Below are positions 53,860 through 64,000 of a DNA stretch of 64,000 nt, piece by piece. Below the pieces are notes generated by a model that was not told the origin of the DNA, ran no database searches, and saw only the letters and a program-made list of their open reading frames with translations. The position numbers and the translations under genes are program-made. Source of the stretch: Lama glama (taxonomy: Eukaryota); NCBI GenBank assembly GCA_028534125.1, contig CM052818.1:1552001-1616000 (forward strand), in the 5' to 3' direction. How positions within the stretch are numbered: the first letter of the stretch is position 1; each line of letters opens with the position of its first letter.

Positions 53860-55590
53860 GACCCTGGCCAAAGCAGTCTTGAGAGAGAAGGACAAATCTG
53901 GAAACATCAACACTTCCTGATTTGAAATTATATTATATAGCTGTAGAAATCAAAACGGTATGGTTTTGGCATAAAAACAGACACATAGAGCAGTGAAACA
54001 GGTTAGAGAGCCAAGAAATAGACTCACGCATAGATGGTTAATTAATTTATGACAAAGGAGCCAAGAATATACAAGGCAGAAAGGGTAGTCTTTTCAATAA
54101 ATGGTTTCAGGAAAACTGGACAGTCACATGTAAAAAGAATGAAACTGGATCCCTGTCTTACACCATACACACAAATCGACTCAGAATGGATTAAAGACTT
54201 GAACTTAAGACTGAAATAATAAAGCTCTTAGAAGAAAACATAGTGGGTAACTTCTTTGACATTGATCTTGGAGGTGATTTTTTGGAGTTCGCACCAAAAG
54301 CAAAGGCAACAAAAGCAAAAATAAACAAGTGGGACTGCATCAAACTAAAAACCTTCTGCACAGCAAAGGAAACCATCAACAAAATGAAAAAGCAGCCAAT
54401 GGAATGGGAGAAAATGTATGCAAATCATGTATCTGATATAGAGGTTAATATCTAAAATACATAGAGAACTCATACAATTCAGTAGCAAAATACCAAATAA
54501 TCTGATTAAAAAATATTCAGAGGAACTGAATAGATATTTTTCCAAAGAAGACACACAAATGGCCAATATGCAAATAAAAAGATATTCAACATCACGAATC
54601 CTCAAAGAAATGCAAATCAAAACCAGAATGAGACATATTACCTCACACGTGGTAGAATGGCTACCATCAAAAAGACAAGAGATAACAAATGCGGGCAAGG
54701 TTGTGGAGAAAAGGCTACCCTTGTATGCTATTGGTGGGAATGTAAGCTGTTACAGCCACTATTGAAAACAGTTTGGAGGTTCCTCAAGAAATTAAAAATA
54801 GAACTACCGTATGATCTGGCACTTTTGCTTCTGGGTGTATATTCAAAGCAGTAGAAATCATTATTGTGAAGAGTCATGTATACTTTCATGTTCATTGCAG
54901 TATTAGTCACAATAGCCAAGATATGTAAATAATCTACGTGTCCATCAACAGGTGGATGGTTAATGAAAATATTACATATATTCTCCATATGTGTGTGTAT
55001 GTATATATATGTGTGTGTCGATGTATATATGTGTATGAATATTATTCAGCCATGAAAAATAAGGAAATTCTGCCATTTGCAACATTGTGTATGGACATTG
55101 AGGGCATTATGCTAAGTAAAATTAGCCACAACAGAGGACAAATACTGCATGGTATCTTTTATATGTGGAATCTTAAAAAAAAAAAGTCACTAATACAACA
55201 TTATAAATCAACTATACTTCAATTAAAAAAAAAAAAAGGTCAAACTCATCAAAACAGAACAGAAAAGTGGTTCCCAGTCACTGTGGGAGTAAGTTTGGCA
55301 ATTGAGAAGTTGGTAAAAGATTGCAAACTTTCAGCTATAAGAGGAATATGATCTGAGGATCTAATGTAAAAACATGGTTTCTATAGTTGATAATACTGTA
55401 TTGTAAAACTGAAATTTGCTAAGAAAATGAAACTTAAATATCCTTACCAAAAAAAGAGTGAGATGATAAATGTGTTAAATAACTTGAGATGGGAATCCTC
55501 TCAAAATATATATGCATATCAAGTCACCACAATGTATATTTTAAATATATTATAATATCATTTTCAATTGTTCCTCAATAAAGCTGGAAA
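53860..55590 (+). mobile_element. L1 ORF2 3' part plus 3' UTR, degraded
   Basis: ORFs 54243..54455, 54559..54765 and 54657..54854 give frameshifted ORF2 peptides ([39 protein letters not shown]). Confidence 0.9.
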
Positions 55591-56649
55591 AAAGGGGAAA
55601 AAAATGAGATGTTTAACCACAAAACGTTCTCTACGTATGTATGTGATTAGGTCAGCTGCTAGATGAGTTACATATTCATGGTGTGATTGTTTCGAATTAC
55701 CTACAAAATTACTTAAAACAAAATTATACATGATATTATATTGTGTTATTACTTGTAAACTTTTCAATAATGTTAATATTGACACTCTTTTAGTGAGGAA
55801 AAAGACTTATTTAATGAAGAGACTTTAAGTATAAGTATGAAAATATAACAAGAGCTTTAAGAATTTCAGGATGAACTCAGACAATTTAATAGGAATTGTA
55901 AGGACTCTTAAATATTAGCATTATTATGGATCATACGTAATAATTTTATCAAAAAATATTTCCACATGATTTCCAAAGCCAAAATCTCACCAAGGAAGGT
56001 ATGGAAGGGGCTCTAGTTGAGTGCTCAGTATTCAATAGGATTTAGGGACTTAGAATGTGAGGTTCATTTATACTTGTCTGTCATATGGGAAATATGTAAT
56101 ATGTACTGTTATTTTTCCTCTAACCCATTGCAATTTTCTTGTTTCAAGAGCTTTTCAAATTACAGTCAGAAATCCTCCCAAAGGATGGCTTGTGTATTTT
56201 GTTGTTGCTGCAGCATTGTAATTGCTGGGGGAAAATTAAAGGCAGACAGGAAGCCATAGGGGTTGGGCAGTGAGTTAAATACTTAGCAAAGGAGAAGTTC
56301 TGGAGACCACTAAAGGTCATGTTGACAGCGCTTATTGGAAACACTGATTACTTAAAACACACTGAAAGTTTATTTTTACCAGGACTGTTTCAGACCAGCT
56401 AACCCAGATCTCAGTATAAACATGGCAATTATAACAGCTACATATTGTGTATTTTCCTAAGCTACTGTTTCCAGAAAACTTTCCCTTGCAGATGGAAACC
56501 TTTATGCTGAAAAGGGGGCAAAAACAAGCAAAGGTCGTCGAGATATTTCCTTGCAGAGTTCCCCTTGTTTGCACCATATGTGGCCTAATCAAGCTGGCAT
56601 CCTTAGCTTTCCTTGTTCGTAAGAATTCCCTCACTCACTTACAAAATAG

Positions 56650-58050
56650 AATGAAGGCACATATTAATTTATCCCATCACAAATACTGTTTGTGTACTTA
56701 CCATAAAATTGGGTAGGTTTTTGAATAGAGGAATAGAAAATACTTAGTGTTTGGACTTAGAGTTTATAATCCACAGGGAAGACAGACACTTTTCAGTAGT
56801 TCTAGAAAGCAAAGTGCTAGAGTAATGCAGTAAATACAGTAAATTGCAGTAAATGCAGTAAATACATCCAACTTCACTGATTCCACCAAAGCATCTCCTA
56901 CACATCAGGCAATAAACAGGTCTCCTGACTTTACAGAGCTGATATTTCAGTGGGAATGCTACATGATACACAAGCAAACAAAAAAATTAATTTAATGTCA
57001 GGTAGTGGCCAGAACTAGGAAGAAAAATAAATGACTTGAGTGAAATAAGAAATGGAATCATTTGGATTTCTGATAGGTAAGCATTCTTGTTAGGGGTAAT
57101 ACAACAGTAGGTATTGTGTTCAACATGAGCAGTATGCAGGGGGCTGAGTCTGGCAGTGATGTAATTGTCATTGCTGGTAGGAATGGTAAGAGACAAGATG
57201 GTCAGAAGTCAGATGATTTCTGGCCTTGTAGACCACAGTAAATACTTTTTTATTTGGAAATGAAATATGAGGCCATCTCAAGATTGGAAGTGGTAGTGAT
57301 AGTCTGATTTATAATGGGTACCACTGGTTGCTGTGTGGAAAATATATTATAGGTCCGTAAGAGTGGCAGAAGAGAGTCTAATTTGAAGGGTATTGCAGTA
57401 ATTTAGGTAAGACAGTGGTCGCTTAGACTAGTGGTAGGGGTAGAAGTAAAAGAAGTACTTTTGAAGGTAGAGATGGCAAGTTTTACTGCTAGATTAGGTA
57501 TGGGGTTATAAGTGAAAGATTGGAGTCAAGGAAAATTCCAGGATTTTTGAACTAAGCATACTGGACAAATAATCATGCTGTTAACTGAGAAGGGGAACAG
57601 CAAGAGAATATCAGATTTGGGGAGTGGCTGTAGAATCAAGGCTTCCACTTTTGACATATTAAACTTCAGATATTTAGTAGTCATCTGTGACAGATACTAC
57701 ACTGACAGGGCAAAGTCACAGATGGAGGTAAAATTTTAGAATTCATCAGTGTAAAGATGGTGCTTAATGCCATGGAGCTGACTTTCTTCTGGGAACTGAA
57801 CATAAATAGAGCAAAGGTGTGAGGATTGAGCTCTAAGGGAAATCAACATTGACAGGTCCAGAAAAGCAGGCGAATGGTTCTTATCTCAGCTGTGAGACCT
57901 TCAAAGAGGACTTACCACATAAGGCCCTGCAGGAGGTATCCAGCAGGAGGATCTTGGGACCAGCAGAAGGTATCCAGATGGACAGAGGATGAGGAGAGAG
58001 TTAGGGACATTTTTAAGAGAGGCAACTTCATGTATAAAGATGAAATAATG
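56650..58050 (-). mobile_element. L2 LINE remnants
   Basis: Purine-rich degenerate L2 antisense signatures (ggccttgtagaccac; ggagtcaagga...tttttgaactaagca). Boundaries approximate. Confidence 0.55.
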
Positions 58051-58480
58051 AAATAAAACCAGACATATTCAGTGTAGTCTAAGAGTGGCCATGAGATGGA
58101 GAAGTAGGTCAACGCCAACTTGTGAATTGTTTTGTGTTGAGAGGTAATTTGGACTTTATCTTCCTAAAGTCTTTGAGAGACTTCAAACAAGGATGTGTTG
58201 CAATTTAAAAATCATTTACCTTGCAAATTAGAAGGAAGGAAGGAAACAAGAAGGAAGGATTGAAAGAAAGACGGAAGGAAGGGGAGAAAGGAAGGAATAA
58301 ATAAACTACAATTACTTGAAATTTAAAATCAGGAAATTAAATACCCAGAATACTTTGTATAAATCTGTGCTAATACATTTGAGGATCTCTAGAAAGTATA
58401 TGATTAAAAAGTGATTTTAAAAGATACAGAAAATTGACTAATAGCTATGAAAGGCATGAAAAAGTTATTGAAGACTTCTT

Positions 58481-59133
58481 TCTTATTGAAGTATAGTTGA
58501 TTTATAATGTTGTGTTAGTTTCTAGTATACAGCATAGTGATTCAGTCATATGTATGTATGTATATATACACAATATTCTTTTTCATTATAGGTTATTACA
58601 AAGTACTGAATGTAGTTCCCTGTACTCTACTGTAAGACCTTATTGTTTATCTATTTTATATGTAGTAGTTTGCATCTGCTAATCCCCAACTCCTAATTTA
58701 TCCCTCCCCAACCCATTTCCCCTTTAATAACAGTAAGTTTGTTTTCTATGTGAGTCTGTTTCTATTTTGTAAGTAAGTTCATTTGTCTCTTTTTTTTTAG
58801 ATTCCACATGTAAGTGACATGTGTTACTTGTCTATCTAATTTACTACACTTAGTAAGATAATCTCTGAGTCTGCCCATGTTGCTGTAAATGGCATTATTT
58901 CATTCTTTTTTAAAGACTGAGTAGTATTCCATTGTGTATATATATTATATATATATATAACCACAACTTCTTTATCCAGTCATCTATCCAGGGACATTTA
59001 GGTTGCTTCCATGTCTTGGCTACTGTAAATATTGCTGCTATGAACATTGGGGTGGGTATCTCTTTTCAAATTGGAGTTTTCTCTGGATATATGCCCAGGA
59101 GTGGGATTGCTGGGTCATATGGTAACTGTTTTA
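58481..59133 (-). mobile_element. L1 3' end with TSD
   Basis: 10-bp TSD aagacttctt at 58471-58480 and 59134-59143. Confidence 0.88.
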
Positions 59134-59559
59134 AAGACTTCTTAAAATTGGGCAAGATTCACATGATTTCACCAGTGAATTCATGGAGGCTTTCCTAAAA
59201 CAAATGATTTTTGTGTAATTTAAACTACTCCAGATCATAGAGGAAAAAAGGAAAGTATCTCAGTTAATTTTTGCAAAGTTAACATAACGATGATTTCAAA
59301 ACCAGAGAAATCACAAGAAATCTGAACAATTTAAATAAATATTGATATAAAAATCATAAATAATAAAATGTTTTAACAAAATCCAGAAGTGCATTGAAAG
59401 TAAGGGTGAAGTTAAGAATGCAAGGGTGTTTAGTGTTAGAAAATTGTTTAAACTTATTCACTAATAGATCAAATGAGAAAAAAATACATGAGTATTTGAA
59501 AAGATACTAAAAAGGTACTTTTAAGTCAACATCTTTTCCTGCTAGAATCTCTTAGTATC

Positions 59560-61355
59560 TATCAGTAATTGACAGATCCAAGAGTCAGAAAATCAGTAAG
59601 GATGTAGTTGAACTGAAAGGTACTGTCAATCATCTGGATCAAATAAACATTTATAAAATAATTCATCTAGCAGCAGCTTAATGCATGTTTTTCTCAAGCC
59701 CAACATTCAGCAAGAAAGACCATGTTCTAGGTAATAAACAGATCTTAAGAACTTTTAAAGAACAGAAACACAACTTGCTCTCAGACCAAGTAGAATTAAT
59801 CCCTGGAAATAAATAACCGAAAGACAGCTAGAAAATCCCCAAATATTTGGAAACTAACCAATAAACTTCAAAAAAACACATGGGTCAAAGAAAAGGTTTC
59901 AAGAGAAGTTAGATAGTACTTCCAACTAAGTTAAAATAAAATATAACATGAAAAATTGGCAGCGTCAGTGAAAATACTGTTTATGTGAAAATTTATAGTG
60001 GTGCTTGCATATATTACAAAAGAAAAAATTCCAAGATTAGTAATCTAAGCATCTACCAGGAAAGTAGGAAGCGAAGAGCAAGTCAAATCCAAAGTAATTA
60101 GAAGAAAAGAAATTAGAACAGAAATCACTGAAAAGAGAAAATCAATAAAACTCCTAGATGGTAACATAAGGGAAAATAGTGACCTTGGGTTTGGACATGA
60201 GTTTTTAGATACAACACCCAAAACACAAACCATCAAAGAAAATACTGGTAAGTTGGACTTCATTAAAATGAAAAACTTTTGCTGTAGAAATGTCACTTTT
60301 AAGAGAATGAAAAGACAAGGAGAAAATATTTGCAAAATGCGTATCTAATAAAGGACTTATATCTAAAATATACACAGAACTGGTAAAACTCAGCAAGAAG
60401 AAAACAAAAAAGTTAGTTTAACATAGGTTTGCTTTAAAAATGGGCAAAAGATCTGAATAGATACCTCACCAAAGGATGGAGAGGAAGTTATGAATTAGAA
60501 CAACAACAAACCACCATACAACACTTACAAAGGCTAAAACCCAAAACTGACACCAACAAATGCTGGAGCAATAGCAACTCATTCATTGCTGGTGCTAATG
60601 CAAAATGGTAATATTATTTTGCCAGATAGTTTGTTAGTTTCTTAAAAGGCTAAACAGAAATATTCTTACCATAGAATTCACCAGCCATGCTTCTTGATAT
60701 TTATCCAAGTGAGCTGGTATCTTAAGCCACAGAAAAACTTACACATGAATGGTTATAGCAATTTTATTCATATCTACCAAAACTTGGAAGCTACCAAGAT
60801 GTCCTTCAATAGGTGAGTGGATAAACAACTGTGATATATCCACACAATGAAATATTATTCAATGATGAAAATGAATGTACTATTAAAGTCATAAAAAGAC
60901 ATGGAGGAAGCTTAAATGCACATTGCTAAGTAAAAGAAGCCAATCTGAAAAGTATGTGGCATTCTGGAAAAGGCAAAGTTGCAGAAAGTAAAAATGTCGG
61001 TGGTTTCTAGAATTTAGGAGATGAGCAAGGGAGGGATGGATTGAGCAGAGTGGATTTTTAGGGAAGGGAAACTATTCTGTGTGATAGTGTAATGGTGAAT
61101 ACATGACATTATGCGTTTGTCAGTACCCACAGAACTGTACAACACAAGTAGTAAACCCTAATGCAAACTATGGACTTTAGATAATGAAATATCAGCATTG
61201 GTTCATGTATTGTAACAAATGTACTACACTAATGCAAGATCTTTTAATAGGGGAAAGAGTGGGAGGGGGATGGGGGCAGTGTCTGCAAATGCTCTGCACT
61301 TTTGCTCAATTTTTCTTCCAGTCAAATTTCTAGAAAACAATGTTTATCAATTAAA
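59560..61355 (+). mobile_element. L1MC-like fragment (internally deleted ORF2 plus 3' UTR)
   Basis: Degenerate ORF2 sequence. The 3' part parallels 25305-26402. Confidence 0.75.
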
Positions 61356-62705
61356 GAAAGCAGTAAAATGGGAATTCAAGGACAGTATTAGATTATCATA
61401 TGAGTACATAAGGATGTGAGCAGAGAAATGCTCTTGAAACACTATTCATATAAGTAAACATAGCCAATGCCTATTTCATAGTATGTAAATACATTGCCAA
61501 ATTATGCAGTCATTCAAAACATGAAAATGGAGAGGAGGGTACAAGTTAGAGAGAAATCTTGGGATTAGAATTTGTAGGACATAGTAACTGACTATGAAGG
61601 AAAGAATGAAATTGAGTATTTTGCTTAGATCTCTGCCTTGGACTGAACTGAACAGGTGAAGAGTGGGGATTATGATCATTCTAGTCCAGGACTTACTGTG
61701 TTCAAAGTTTGAGTATCGTAATGCCTAGGAAGCAAGCAGATATATGAGTCTTTAATAAGAATGTGTTAGGACAGAGAGAGTGGAAGCCATTGGAGGTGAT
61801 GAAATTACCCAGTGAACGTGAGAGGGTCACAGGTCAGAAAAGTAAAAGTAAAACCAGGAGAAAACTATGTCATGGAAGCCAAAGGAGAACAGAAGTACAG
61901 GAGAAAATGTTTAACAGAGATCAAGTAAGATCAGACTGAAAATGAATATTGGGTATGATAGTACGGAGGTCACGGGTTACCTTGGACCCATCCATGTTGA
62001 TGGATGGTTAGCATTGCAATGTAGACCCTTTTGTCCTGAAAATATTTTTCTTGGAACTTTGGTCCCATAATCCTTCTTAGACCCTTTTATATGCATTGTA
62101 CATCATGAATCTCTTAAACAGCATTTCTCCAGCTTCTTTGATCTATGAACTCTTGCTATTTTAGCGTTTTTCAGGACTAGTGTCAATTAGAGCACATTTT
62201 AGAAAACATCAGAGTGTACCAATCTTTGAAGAAACTTGAGTAGAAAGAAACTAGAAAGGTAGGATAGTAAATAGTCTGAATATATAGCATTAAATTGAAA
62301 CTTCAGAGTACTTCTAATAAGCAAAGTGAAGAGACTTGGGCTTATTAGAGAGGTTTTAAGACAGGTATTACAAGAAGTATGGTTCTTGGAGTCCCAGAAG
62401 AGAGAGAGAGACTAGGATCCTGAGAATGAAATGTAGTTTTGAACAGGGATAAGAAAGTAAAAAGGATGCAGATAGCTGAGGGTAGTGAAGACAATTCCTC
62501 TATTTGGTGAGGCAAAATAATAGTTTGTCTTGCAGAGACAAAATAGAAAAGACTCCACTGTGCTTTTGAAAAAAGAAAAAAATAATGGAGACTGTGATAT
62601 TAATATTCCCAGTTGTGTTACTTAGCGTGAGATATCTCCAAGCAGAAATTTCTGCTTTGCTTATACTGGAAGTCTGAATGATTATTAAAATTTCATATTT
62701 CACAG

Positions 62706-62885
62706 GATGCCAGACATGCGGCTGAAGAAGAGATTTATACCAACTTAAATCAGAAGATTGACCAGTTTCTACAGCTGGCCGACTATGACTGGATGACAGG
62801 AGATTTGGGCAACAAAGCTAGTGATTACCTAGTAGACCTTATTGCCTTTCTACGTAGCACCTTTGCTGTATTCACACACCTTCCT
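62706..62885 (+). CDS. EXOC6B: EXOC6B coding exon (about exon 18), 180 nt, DARHAAEEEIYTNLNQKIDQFLQLADYDWMTGDLGNKASDYLVDLIAFLRSTFAVFTHLP
   Basis: tttcacag acceptor, cct|gtaagt donor, phase 0-0. Sec15 domain sequence. The gene continues beyond the window. Confidence 0.96.
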
Positions 62886-63344
62886 GTAAGTGACAGTCGC
62901 TTTTACTTTCTCCATCATATAGAAAAAATTTCTCTTAAAATCTAGTTTGATGTAAGATGTTTGTTTCTGCTTTAACTTGCCAGGAAGCTGTGGGTATAGA
63001 ATCTCGCACTATAATTATCATCCCTTAACAAGATTTTGAGATCTCTTCTGTCATTTTTTCACTGATGTTTGCATTTTGTTTATTCTGAAAATGGTTCCTA
63101 ATATTATATCTGCTTATATTCCTCCTAAGTTCAGGGTAACAAGTGTAAACACATAATGAATGCCTTGGTAGAAGTGGAAGAGAAATTTAGAAGTTAGAAT
63201 TTTTAATCTATCTTTTAATTCTATTTAAATATTTAAATGTCCATTTAAATTGTTTTACTACTTCAAATTCTCTGCTGAAATTCTCCATCTCTTTAGACAA
63301 ATTAGTCTACCTTTTCTCTATTTTCTTAAGCATATTTTTATCAC

Positions 63345-64000
63345 TTTTTTATTGAAGTACAGTTGATTTACAATTTAATATTAGTTTCAAGTGTACAGCA
63401 TAGTGATTCAGTAATTTTACAAATTATTCTCCATTCAAAGTTATTACAAGATAATGGCCATAGTTCCATGTGCTAGATGATATATACTTGTTGTTTATCT
63501 ATTTTATACATAGTAGTTTGTATCTCTTAATGTCTTCCTCTTACCTTTTCCCTCCCTCCTTCCATCTCCTTACTGGTAACTCCTAGTTTGTTTTCTATAT
63601 CTGTTAGTCTGTTTCTGGTTTGCCAAAGATATCCATTTGTTTTATTTTTTATATTCCACGTGTAAGTCACATCATACAATATTTGTCTTTCTCTGACTTA
63701 CTTTGCTAAGCATAGTATCTTCCAGTTCCATCTGTGTCATTGCTAATGGCAGACTTTCATGTTTTTTATGGCTGAGCAGTATTCCATTGTGTGTGTGTAT
63801 AGACGCACACACACACACACACACACACACAATGTACATATACAATATACATATACATGTATATATACAATGTACATATACATATATATACAATGTATAT
63901 ATACAATATAGATACAAAGGAATACTACTCAGTCATAAATATATATATATATCTCACATCTTCTGTAGCCATTTATCAGTTGATGGAAACTTAGGTTGCT
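63345..64000 (-). mobile_element. L1 3' end with internal (TG/CA/TA)n microsatellite, running off the window
   Basis: tttttattgaagtacagttgatttacaa... antisense tail. Confidence 0.88.

Noticed and set aside
1..64000. A previously undescribed multi-gene biological system
   Set aside because: All coding signal belongs to one known gene, and the remainder is explained by known repeat classes, gaps and possible enhancers.

Overview
This is mammalian genomic DNA, probably from a camelid, judging by a Vic-1-like tRNA-derived SINE and young L1 3' ends. It lies inside EXOC6B (exocyst subunit Sec15B). Seven coding exons on the + strand (28659-62885) splice in frame with canonical GT-AG junctions to give SYCSDPNLV...AVFTHLP. 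Two earlier exons of the same gene lie on the opposite (-) strand (7932-8015 and 7492-7538). They sit in a 16.9-kb contig bounded by two exactly 500-N gaps, and the exon needed to link the two groups is absent. The simplest explanation is a mis-oriented contig in a scaffolded assembly; a true intragenic inversion is less likely. The rest is intronic: L1, L2 and MIR fragments, LTRs, hAT and Tigger DNA transposons, microsatellites and a few motif-dense candidate enhancers. I found no supportable new biological system. Most ORFs in the supplied track are artefacts of repeats, N-gaps or exon read-through. Exon numbers and repeat family names come from recall of human annotation and repeat consensi, not from a search.
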